Part shown: one piece after another, positions 19,502 to 29,557 of the stretch | Layout: every line of letters starts with the position of its first letter | How positions within the stretch are numbered: position 1 is the stretch's first letter | Assembly (NCBI GenBank): GCA_965217585.1 | Contig: OZ244561.1 | Span: forward strand, 5,568,001-5,632,000 | DNA from: Candidatus Latescibacterota bacterium | Lineage (GTDB): Bacteria > Latescibacterota > UBA2968 > UBA8231 | Direction of reading: 5' to 3' | Length of the DNA stretch: 64,000 bases | The notes under the pieces: generated by a model | Told to the model about the DNA's origin: nothing | The model's input: only the letters and a program-made list of their open reading frames with translations | The model's database searches: none | Made by a program: the position numbers and the translations under genes

Positions 19502-20638
19502 TAGCCGTCCTAAATCATTTAAGTGCCAAATTATATTGGCTTAACTTAGGGAATTGGAAGTATTTTTTCTGTCGAATGCCCTTGACAAATAGGTCTTTAA
19601 TCTGTTCAAAACAGGTGGTCCATACCGCATGGGTACGGACAAAAGTCTTGCCTTTTAACCAGATGTCTTCGACCGGGTTTTCTTGCGGTGTATAGGGCGC
19701 TAATCGCGTACAGCATATCTTCCATTCATCAGGCGGTAGATCGGCCTGCATCGTTTGTAGAAAATCGCGCATGGCCTGTTGGTGATGATAGGACACCCCA
19801 TCCCAAAAGATCAATAACTTTTGTCCGGGACGCTGTTGTTGTAGGTAGCGTATAAAATCGACCGTATAGTGTGCATTGGCCTTGGGATATGGTTGCATGA
19901 GAAAGGTGCCCTTGACTATATCCAACGCCCCATAATAGGTTTGTCGTTGCCGTCCATTTTCAATGGCCACCTCCAGCCGTTGGTCTCGACGCCCCCAGCC
20001 ATAGCCGCAGGCATCGCCCCAGTGTAGATGCGATTCATCGATGAAAAAGGCACTGACTTGACCCGCTTGGAGTTCGGCCTTATGCTCGGTTAGTTTTTTT
20101 TAATCGCTTCGCGTTTAGAAAGCCCCTGTTGGGGATCGGTCTTGGGGTGCCGAGCTTGGGCCTTTTTCCAGCTATAGCCCGCCTGAGCAAGCAGATCGTA
20201 ATAGCTTTGCGATGAGCGAAACACGACCCCAAACTGCGTTTGGATATAGGAGGCTAATGAGGCGACCGAAGGGTGCGACTGGGTCGCTAACCAAGCGTTG
20301 ATTTGGGCGCGCTGATCCGCCGACAAATACGGCTGTGAGCCTTTATAGCCTAAGCGAAAACAAGCGACCCCTTCGGCCAGATAGCGCTGCTTCCACGTAC
20401 TGATGAAGCTCGACTGCACACCGAGAATCGCTTGAATCGCACCTTGTTTAAGCCCCAAAAGCGTCATCTGAACCGCTAACGCCCGTTTCAGTTCGCGGGC
20501 GTCGGGATTGCTCGCGATAAACGCCGATAAAGACGAATCCGAAACCATAGAAAACACTCCTAAAAAAGAACAAGCATGAGAAAACATAGAAGCAAGATAA
20601 GAAAAAACCAAAACCTCTCAAGTCATTTAGGACTGCTA
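19502..20638 (-). mobile_element. IS630-family insertion sequence (1137 bp)
   Basis: Terminal IRs TAGCCGTCCTAAATCATTTAAG / TAGCAGTCCTAAATGACTTGAG (18/22 identical). TA duplication at 19500-19501 and 20639-20640. Low GC. Confidence 0.92.
19515..20548 (-). CDS. IS630 transposase, two ORFs joined by a -1 frameshift at an A8 tract (20094-20101)
   Basis: HTH ORF ends ATT AAA AAA AAC TAA. The -1 frame continues KLTEHK..FIDESH..IFWDGVSYH..PQENPVEDIW (DDE). Confidence 0.88.
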
Positions 20639-20664
20639 TAGAAGGAATCGGTGAATTTAAGGAA

Positions 20665-21769
20665 CTGACGTTACGCAGTTTTCATTTAGTGGTATCTTCA
20701 AGGTATGGACAAACACCTGTTAGAATTATATAGCGATTACCTGCTCAGTTCGTTTGGCGCGACCACGGCGACCGGCTTGTCGGCTTTGGTGGACGGGGCG
20801 GTCAGCCACGATCAGGTCACGCGCTTTCTGTCGGGTGCCGACTATGATGGCCAAACGCTGTGGCAGCAGATCAAGCCGCTGGTGCGCGACATCCAACAGG
20901 AGGATGGGGTACTGATTATAGATGATACGATCCAAGAAAAGCCGCATACGGATGAGAACGACCTGATCTGTTGGCATTATGATCACAGTCAACATCGGTC
21001 GGTCAAAGGCATCAACCTGCTCAACTGCGTGTATCATGCCAGCGGCATGAGTCTGCCGGTGACGTATGCGTTGATCCGCAAACCGATTCTCTTTAGTGAT
21101 GTGCAGACCCGTCAGGTCAAGCGTAAGAGCCTGCACACCAAAAATGAGTTGATGCGCCAGATGTTGCGCACCTGTCAGCACAATCAGTTACAGTATCGCT
21201 ATGTGTTGGCTGATAGCTGGTTTTCGGCCAAAGATAACTTAACCTTCATCCGCCAAACCCTCAAAAAACACTTCGTCGTCGCGCTTAAATCCAATAGGAC
21301 GGTTGCCTTGAGCTATGAAGCCAAACGCCAAGGTGCTTTCACCCGCATAGATGGCTGCGACCTGCCCGAACACCAGCCGGTGCAAGGCTGGATCAAAGGA
21401 CTGGATTTCCCCGTCTTAGTACTCCGCCAGGTCTTTACAAACCAAGACGGCAGCACCGGCACGTTGTATCTGGCGTGTAGCGATCTAACCTGTGATGGCC
21501 CCACCATCGAAGCAATCTACCAGAAACGGTGGAACGTGGAGATCTTTCATAAAACGCTCAAGTCCCATGCCGCCTTAGCCAAGTCGCCGACCAAGCGAGT
21601 ACGCACCCAAAGTAATCACTGTTTTATGGCCCTGTATGCCGCCGGTCGATTGGAGGGCCTGCGAATCAAGCACCAACTCAAGCACTTCGCCCTGCGATCC
21701 AGACTCTATCTCAACGCTATCCGATGTGCTTTTGAGGAGCTACAAACCCTCAAAACTGCGTAACGTCAG
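20665..21769 (+). mobile_element. IS701-family insertion sequence
   Basis: Perfect 18-bp terminal IR CTGACGTTACGCAGTTTT at 20665 and ending at 21769. No target duplication visible. Confidence 0.9.
20705..21763 (+). CDS. IS701-family DDE transposase
   Basis: SHDQVTRFL, LIIDDT..EKPH, VLADSWF, YQKRWNVEIFHKTLK. Confidence 0.92.
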   Translation: MDKHLLELYSDYLLSSFGATTATGLSALVDGAVSHDQVTRFLSGADYDGQTLWQQIKPLVRDIQQEDGVLIIDDTIQEKPHTDENDLICWHYDHSQHRSVKGINLLNCVYHASGMSLPVTYALIRKPILFSDVQTRQVKRKSLHTKNELMRQMLRTCQHNQLQYRYVLADSWFSAKDNLTFIRQTLKKHFVVALKSNRTVALSYEAKRQGAFTRIDGCDLPEHQPVQGWIKGLDFPVLVLRQVFTNQDGSTGTLYLACSDLTCDGPTIEAIYQKRWNVEIFHKTLKSHAALAKSPTKRVRTQSNHCFMALYAAGRLEGLRIKHQLKHFALRSRLYLNAIRCAFEELQTLKTA

Positions 21770-22024
21770 TTATTCATGAACATCGATCAGAACGGAACGC
21801 GTTTCCGAGACTAGATGCGGCATGAAGAACTGGATGATCCAGCTTGTCGGACCCGAGGCCTGCAACCAGTCGAGCCCCGGACCATAGACCGCGTAGAAAT
21901 ACGCAGCGAATGGCGAGGCCATGTAAAAGAACTCAAAGGCGATAAGGACATAGAAAGCAAACGATGCCCATAAGGCGCGCCGCGCTTGGATTGTTCCTTT
22001 GCTCTTTTCCGTTTCATTGGTCAT
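21770..22024 (-). pseudogene. membrane protein N-terminus (possibly isoprenylcysteine carboxylmethyltransferase-like), truncated at the IS701 end
   Basis: Hydrophobic FYVLIAFEFFYMASPFAAYFY. The ORF stops at the IS boundary. Confidence 0.5.
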
Positions 22025-22208
22025 GCCAATCAGGGAATGCAATATATATGCCAACGTAAATTAACTGAATAATTATACTTATAATACCGTTTTGCTAATC
22101 GTCTGTCCTAATAAGTCTCCCCCAAGAGAAGAGGGTAATTAGGACACTAAAAAGTCAAATCGGTATAACATATTATTTTTATTCGAGATAAAACGTTCTC
22201 CAAAAATA

Positions 22209-22272
22209 AAAAGCCAGTCTGAATTATTCCCAAAGGACGAGATGCCGTCCCGAGATAATCAGACTGGCTTTT
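22209..22272 (-). terminator. long hairpin / terminator-like structured element
   Basis: 14-bp perfect stem AAAAGCCAGTCTGA/TCAGACTGGCTTTT with inner stem GGACG/CGTCC. U-tract on the minus strand. Confidence 0.6.
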
Positions 22273-22302
22273 ATACTGTTTAGTAATAGGATATTTATGA
22301 TA

Positions 22303-22341
22303 AAAGGTGATATATCGTCTCCAAGGCGATATATCACCTTT
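22303..22341. terminator. bidirectional terminator-like inverted repeat
   Basis: AAAGGTGATATATCG-N9-CGATATATCACCTTT, 15-bp perfect stem. Confidence 0.6.
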
Positions 22342-22375
22342 ATTCAGGACATCACACGGGTGCCATCTGCGCTTT

Positions 22376-22615
22376 TCACGACGTGTGGAAGGACGCGATC
22401 GTCGCGCGCGGCGGTATGTCCAGTTCCACTCCGTCCAAGGGCGCGAACCGTGCGCGTATGGCTTGTGCCAGATTGGTGGGGGACGCAGCCTCGGTGAGCG
22501 CCGTGCGCAAAATTGCCCGCGCTTCCTCTTCCATCGAGCGGCCGTGCTCGGCCGCTTGGACGCGCAGACGCTGCTTTATGTCCTCGTCGAGGTTGCGGAT
22601 TGTCATGCTGGCCAT
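22376..22615 (-). CDS. FitA/plasmid-stability RHH antitoxin (orphan)
   Basis: MASMTIRNLDEDIKQRLRVQAAEHGRSMEEEARAIL, with a GGAGG RBS. No PIN toxin downstream. Confidence 0.85.
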   Translation of the reverse strand: MASMTIRNLDEDIKQRLRVQAAEHGRSMEEEARAILRTALTEAASPTNLAQAIRARFAPLDGVELDIPPRATIASFHTS

Positions 22616-22632
22616 GTTCTTCACCTCCAATT

Positions 22633-22794
22633 CTAGAAAATCATGTTCCCCGCTCGGGCGATGTCGTTCAGGGCGGCGCAAATAAGACTCCCGTCGCCCT
22701 GATCTTCCTCGGCGCATGCTTCTAGGTAAAGGCGCGCGTCTTCTTGGGTGCGCAGGTGCTCCGTGACATCCCATTTTGTGAACGATTCGGTCAT
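22633..22794 (-). pseudogene. addiction-module antidote protein, truncated before its HTH
   Basis: FTKWDVTEHLRT.ED..LYLEAC.EED.GDGSLI.AALNDIARAGNM, then a premature TAG. Confidence 0.7.
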
Positions 22795-22994
22795 GTCTGT
22801 CTCCAGTCCTTCGCCAGCTGTCCAGCGCACCCTTTGAAAGTGACAAGGGGCGACCTTTGGTGTCAAGCAGGATCAGCCCCGAACCTTAACCGAACCGGAG
22901 TGGTCTTGCGGCGCGGATATATCGCGGCGCTGCGTTATTTTTTTCCGGTCTCGGGCATTTATAAGGCGGAGTGCACTCGAAAAAAGGAGTTTCC

Positions 22995-24857
22995 GTGAAC
23001 GACGCCCAACTGGTAGAGGCGTGCTTGGAGGGAGACCACCGTGCCTACGCGGTCTTGGTCAACCGTTACCGCTACCCCGTCTTCGGGCTGTGCCTGAGCT
23101 ATGTCAAGGATTTCGACGCGGCTGAGGACGCGGCGCAGGAGGCGTTGATCGCCGCCTACCTGAAACTGGAAAGCCTGCCCGAGCCGCAAAAATTCGGCCC
23201 TTGGTTGCGGACCATCGCCGCCAACCAGTGCCGCATGTGGCTCCGGCGTCAGCGCCGACAGGTCGCCTTCGACGAAGAAAAGGCGGTCGTCGATCCCGCG
23301 CCGTCGCCGGCGGAGCAAGTGCTTTTGCGCGAGCGCCGGCAGAGGGTTCTGGCCGCCGTCGCCCGACTGAGCCGGCTGCAACAACAGGCCGTGGTCCTTT
23401 TTTATCTCGAGGGCCTCTCACTCAAGCGGATCGCCGCCTTCCTCAATGTCGCGGTACCTACCATCGAGCAGCGGCTCTACCGGGCGCGCCTCCACCTAAA
23501 AGAGGAGATGACAACTATGGTCAAGGAAAACCTGCAAGAACACCGCCTACCCGAGGACTTCACGCGGGAAGTAGTGCAAGAGGCACTGGCCCGGGGCCGG
23601 CACCTGTTACAGGAGCGCCAGTGGCCCGAAGCCCGCGAAGCCTTCAACCGTATCGTCGCCGCCGTGCCGGACCACCTAGAAGCCCACCGCGGTTTGGCCC
23701 TGGCCTTCGACGGCGAAACCCGCGAGGCCCTGCGACAGGACGCGCACTTTAGCGACAACCGCCTGCTCGACAATACCTTTACCGCCCTGCACAAGGTCTG
23801 CGAACTGGGTGCCGACGACCCGGAGATCGCCCGCGCGATCGGCCGGCTCTACTCGCACTATGGACGCCACGCGGAAGGCGGTCAATGCCTCGAAAGGGCC
23901 GCCGACCGCCTCGACGACTGGCGGCGCAGCGTTCCATTGTACAAAACGGCCATCTCCGTCTACTACCACGCCCACTACACCGAGCGCGGCGACCATATGG
24001 AAGCCTGTGTGCGCTGTCACCGCCGCGCCCGCCAGCTCGTGCCTGCCGACTGGCCGCCGCGCCGCCGCTTCGCCCTTTGGCAGCCCTCTGGGATGAGCAT
24101 GGCCTACGCGCATTTGGGATTGAGCCAAGAAGTCTTCGACGAGTTGGACGCACTCAAGGCGCAGAGCGAGGACGAGTGGTCGGTGGAAGAGTACTTCCAA
24201 TATTACGGCATTTGCTCCAACCAGTACCGGGAAATGGGTCGGTGGGACGAGGTGGAGGAGCACAGTCGAGCCTATGTCGACTGGGCCAAGGCCCTGCCCG
24301 TCGCCGACTCGCGCCTCCAGATCCGACCCTTGGCGCTCACCGAAGAAGGCGACGAAAACGCCGGCGCGCACAACGGCGATGACTTCCGCTGGTGGACGGT
24401 GTGCTACGCGCTCGCCGACCGCATCCTGTGGGCGAGGCACGAGACGGGGCGCGCAACTGCGGACATCCTCGCCGAACTCGACTGGGCACTCAACCAGCAC
24501 CAGAGCGCTGGATCTTTTTCCATCGCCGGGCAATCCACCTGCGAAATCGGCCACTACTCGGAGGCGCTGCGCTATTTGCGCAATGAGGAGGAACTGGAAG
24601 GCCGGCTCGCCGGCCGCGGCGACATCTACCTGGCCGCGGCACTCGTCGCGCTTGGGCGGGTGGAGGAGGGGAAGGAGCGGCTGCGCAACATCTACGGCCG
24701 ACTCGTGGCCAACGGCCAGTGCCGGAGTTGGTTTGGCAAGCTGTCCGCCTTTGACGCGATCCGCGCGGACGCGGACATGGTCGAACTGGTCGATGAATGG
24801 GAACGGGCCGAGCGCGTAGGCGCGCCTACAGCCAGCGCAAATTCGCAAGGCGGCTGA
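22995..24857 (+). CDS. ECF sigma-70 factor with long TPR-like C-terminal extension
   Basis: Sigma2 (DAEDAAQEA-like, FGPWLRTIAAN), sigma4 (IAAFLNVAVPTIEQRLYRAR), about 430-aa helical extension. AAGGAG RBS before GTG 22995. Confidence 0.88.
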   Translation: MNDAQLVEACLEGDHRAYAVLVNRYRYPVFGLCLSYVKDFDAAEDAAQEALIAAYLKLESLPEPQKFGPWLRTIAANQCRMWLRRQRRQVAFDEEKAVVDPAPSPAEQVLLRERRQRVLAAVARLSRLQQQAVVLFYLEGLSLKRIAAFLNVAVPTIEQRLYRARLHLKEEMTTMVKENLQEHRLPEDFTREVVQEALARGRHLLQERQWPEAREAFNRIVAAVPDHLEAHRGLALAFDGETREALRQDAHFSDNRLLDNTFTALHKVCELGADDPEIARAIGRLYSHYGRHAEGGQCLERAADRLDDWRRSVPLYKTAISVYYHAHYTERGDHMEACVRCHRRARQLVPADWPPRRRFALWQPSGMSMAYAHLGLSQEVFDELDALKAQSEDEWSVEEYFQYYGICSNQYREMGRWDEVEEHSRAYVDWAKALPVADSRLQIRPLALTEEGDENAGAHNGDDFRWWTVCYALADRILWARHETGRATADILAELDWALNQHQSAGSFSIAGQSTCEIGHYSEALRYLRNEEELEGRLAGRGDIYLAAALVALGRVEEGKERLRNIYGRLVANGQCRSWFGKLSAFDAIRADADMVELVDEWERAERVGAPTASANSQGG

Positions 24858-24949
24858 AATCGCCGGCGGGTAGCCGATCCTGCGAGGGCCGGGTCACATC
24901 CTCAGGCTATTCAATGGATCCCGGGTGATTGAGCGGAAATTCCCGCTGT

Positions 24950-25795
24950 TTAGACGATCCCCCACGTCACTCGTCCCAACTCGCGCGCGCGTTCCCGCTC
25001 GTATGATGGATCGATGTCGAATTCGCGTTCCAGCCACAAGACCTCCCGCTGCTCGGAACTCAGCGAATTGAGCAATTCAGGCGTCAGGTAGTCGCCCCAC
25101 GTAAAGCGATGGTTGTCGATCGCGTGGGGATGGAACAGCCAATGGCTCATATACCGGCAGGCACTGGTGCGGTTGAGCCACGTTGAGTGAAACAGCTTGG
25201 CATGGCGTACGATTAGCTGATGGGGTTCGACCTCTAGGGAAATCTCGTCGTCGAGTGCGACGTCTTCCCAGCCGTCCTCGGCCTGCGAACCGGGAATTCT
25301 TCGTTCATCCCTGAGCTGCGCGGCCGTCTCCTCCAGAGAGGTGGGCGGCCCATTGTGACTGCCTGGAACAATGCGCAAACACCCGTTTTCGCGCGAAGCC
25401 CTGGAGAAGTAGTGCATGAACTCCGCCCACCCCGGACCTCCGTCGATGTGCCATCCCACCGATCGGTTCGGGGCCTGCTCATTGATGCCGCCGTTGCGCA
25501 GATAGATATCGCGGTCTGCGTTCAGTTGGCGGGCGAGCTCGATGATTTCGGGATGCAGGATGATCTTCATGAATGGCAGGGAGTGATCGAGGGCACACCA
25601 GTACGAGTCTTCCACCTGCGGCCGCAGGTAAAAGTGATTCCTCTTGCTGCCGTCTGCCGCCCCTTCCGATGGATCTTGGGCTGCCTTTTCGACCGCCGCC
25701 ATGCACGCCTCGGTGAAACTTTCGGGAAACGGACAGTCGACGATGACGTAGCCTTCAGTGCGGTACTGCTCCAATTGTTCCTCGCTGAATTTCAT
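24950..25795 (-). CDS. phytanoyl-CoA dioxygenase (PhyH) family Fe(II)/2OG enzyme
   Basis: YRTEGYV, WHID, ENGCLRIVPGSH, LFHS. Confidence 0.85.
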   Translation of the reverse strand: MKFSEEQLEQYRTEGYVIVDCPFPESFTEACMAAVEKAAQDPSEGAADGSKRNHFYLRPQVEDSYWCALDHSLPFMKIILHPEIIELARQLNADRDIYLRNGGINEQAPNRSVGWHIDGGPGWAEFMHYFSRASRENGCLRIVPGSHNGPPTSLEETAAQLRDERRIPGSQAEDGWEDVALDDEISLEVEPHQLIVRHAKLFHSTWLNRTSACRYMSHWLFHPHAIDNHRFTWGDYLTPELLNSLSSEQREVLWLEREFDIDPSYERERARELGRVTWGIV

Positions 25796-25819
25796 GCTGT
25801 TTCCTCACGCGGTGTGCCG

Positions 25820-26803
25820 TCAATGTCCTCGCTGCACGGCGTCCATGAGCGCCCGTATGTACCCCAAAGCATAGGAGCGCGTGCGGAACTGGCGCGTGGA
25901 GTCTTCTTGCAGATGGGGCACGTGGTCTTCTACGATCGGAGCGTCAACGCCGACCTCGTGGAATGCCTTCATGGCCTCCATCATGTCGAGGTGGCCCTCG
26001 CCGATGAAAGTTTCTGAGAACTTCGGCACCGGGCCCGTTACACTCCGGAAGTGGATGTGGAAGATCTTGCCGCGGCTGCCGAAGTAGCGGATGGCGTCGA
26101 GAACGTTTTCGGGCATGGCACCGATCGTCCCCGTGCAAAAGGTCAGGCCGTTGGAGTCGCTCGGCACGATCTCGATGAGCCGCCGCAACGCCTCGTGACT
26201 ACGGAAAACCCTGGCGACTCTAGCGATAGGGGAGATGGGAGGGTCGTCTGGATGAAGCGCCATCTGGACCCCCGCCTCTTCGGCGACCGGGATTACCGCC
26301 TTGAGGAAGTAGGTCACATTGTCCCAGACCTGTTCATCGCCTGCCACCACCGATTCCGGGACGGGAGGATACCAGTACTGGCCGGTTTCATGCTTGACGG
26401 CCTCGTAGTCGAAGCTGGTCAGCTCGGAGCCGCCTCGGCCCGCCGTGGCCCTGTCGGTGCGCAGGCCATAGTTGCCGTACCAACTACGGAGGGAGAAGAA
26501 GTAGATCAGGGAGGGAATGCCCGCCTGTCCCATGTTGCGGATCGTCTTGCACCAGTTGTCGATCTGCTCATCCCTGCCCGGCAGCCCCAGTTTGATCTTG
26601 TAGGTCAACTCTTCGGGCAGCCCGCTGATGACCGACAATCTCAGGCCCGCCTCCTCGATCCTGGCGCGAAGAGCCGTGAGATCTGCGACGGTGTAGTAGC
26701 CCTGGTCCGTCGGCAGGGTGCCGCCTCCGACTACGTCGGTTGCTCCCACCTGTAAGGCTAGCTCAAGGTCCTCGTCGGTCACGCCGGACATTGCCAGTCT
26801 CAA
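25820..26803 (-). CDS. uxuA: mannonate dehydratase family protein
   Basis: IKLGLPGRDEQI, ALHPDDPP, NGLTFCTG, HIHFR, EDHVP. Confidence 0.85.
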   Translation of the reverse strand: MRLAMSGVTDEDLELALQVGATDVVGGGTLPTDQGYYTVADLTALRARIEEAGLRLSVISGLPEELTYKIKLGLPGRDEQIDNWCKTIRNMGQAGIPSLIYFFSLRSWYGNYGLRTDRATAGRGGSELTSFDYEAVKHETGQYWYPPVPESVVAGDEQVWDNVTYFLKAVIPVAEEAGVQMALHPDDPPISPIARVARVFRSHEALRRLIEIVPSDSNGLTFCTGTIGAMPENVLDAIRYFGSRGKIFHIHFRSVTGPVPKFSETFIGEGHLDMMEAMKAFHEVGVDAPIVEDHVPHLQEDSTRQFRTRSYALGYIRALMDAVQRGH

Positions 26804-26836
26804 TTTTATGTTCCTCTATGGTTGGGGAGGCGATCC

Positions 26837-27643
26837 CTACTGCAACCTGCGGTCGGATGGGATCCGCAAGGAGTGGGTCTCGATATCCCAGTCGCCGTCG
26901 AAGATGGTCACAGCATCACCGGCGGCCGCTCCCGCGTCGGAGGCGAGATCGATGAGCTTGGCGGCCGAATCCTCGGGCGGCGACAGGCCGGGGCGCGATT
27001 CTCGCTCTGCTTCGTCGGCGGAGCGGCCCGCTTTCTCGGCCATCTCGCGGATGGCGCCCAACTTCATGTTCGTCGCCATCTCTCCCGGAGACACGGCGTG
27101 GATGCGGATGTTCAGGGGGCGAAGCTGTTCGCGGGCTACCAGGACCAGCCCGCGGACACCTCCTTTGCTCGATCCGTACGGAAGGGAAGCACTGCCGCCC
27201 AACACGCCGGCACCGGATATGACGAGCAGCACCACGCCCCCGCCCGCCTGCTGCAGCAGGGGAACGGCGTACTTCAACAGCAGGAAGCTGCCGGTGAGGT
27301 TGACGTCGATGACTCGCCGCCAGGACGCTTCGGAATATTCGTCGATGCGCGTCCCCGCATCGACGAGGATGGCTGCTGGATTGATCAGGATGTCGAGGTG
27401 GCCGTAGCGTTCGCCAACGGTGTCCATCAAGCGGCGAACGTCCGCAGACTGGCTCAAATCGGTGCGCACGAAGTGAGCCGTGCCGCCTGCGCTGGAGATC
27501 AGTTTGGCCGTTGCTGCGCCGCCATCCTCATCGATGTCGGCGAGGACGAGCTGCGCTCCCTCGCGGGCCGCGCCGATGGCAGTGGCGCGGCCGAGGCCGG
27601 TCGCAGCGCCGGTGACGACCGCTACCTTGTTGTCGAGTTTCAT
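26837..27643 (-). CDS. short-chain dehydrogenase/reductase
   Basis: TGAATGLG and YGSSK. Confidence 0.88.
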   Translation of the reverse strand: MKLDNKVAVVTGAATGLGRATAIGAAREGAQLVLADIDEDGGAATAKLISSAGGTAHFVRTDLSQSADVRRLMDTVGERYGHLDILINPAAILVDAGTRIDEYSEASWRRVIDVNLTGSFLLLKYAVPLLQQAGGGVVLLVISGAGVLGGSASLPYGSSKGGVRGLVLVAREQLRPLNIRIHAVSPGEMATNMKLGAIREMAEKAGRSADEAERESRPGLSPPEDSAAKLIDLASDAGAAAGDAVTIFDGDWDIETHSLRIPSDRRLQ

Positions 27644-27664
27644 GCTGGATCCTGAGAGATCGGC

Positions 27665-29290
<1,626 letters not shown>

Positions 29291-29401
29291 TGGAATCCTT
29301 AGTTAGGGGCAATAGTGAGGCGCTTGACCTGTCCCCAAATTTGAGGTAAACCTCCGTTAGGATGAGATTAGCATAGAATATATTACAAAAGCGCACTTGG
29401 G

Positions 29402-29472
29402 GAAGCGGTCGTTGCCCGAGGATTCGGGGTCGTTGAGGATGCACGCAGTTGGGCTAGGTGACCGGGGCGCAA
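29402..29472. repeat. diverged direct copy of fumarase coding sequence 29042-29113
   Basis: 72-nt alignment by eye with 5 substitutions and 1 deletion, 360 bp apart. Confidence 0.85.
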
Positions 29473-29557
29473 AAAGGGCAATCGAATACGCCTGTACTAA
29501 AAAAGAAAAATTAACATGGGAGTAGGGATGAAAGATACGCGCAGGAAGGAGGGCGAC

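Larger units (their letters stand above)
19279..20664 (+). pseudogene. ABC/AAA_21-type ATPase, interrupted by IS630 and truncated by IS701
   Basis: MKLTINNFGP...GPNNTGKS Walker A. Removing the IS630 element restores the frame (GP-I-EGIGEFKE) up to the IS701 end at 20665. Confidence 0.75.

Noticed and set aside
22104-22146. MITE derived from the nearby IS630 (GTCCTAA similarity)
   Set aside because: Only 7 nt are shared, and the terminal TAGC and TA duplication are missing.
22200-22280. Guanidine-I, T-box or ANTAR assignment of the hairpin
   Set aside because: Only fragmentary motif resemblance (ATAAAAGCC). The required conserved elements are absent.
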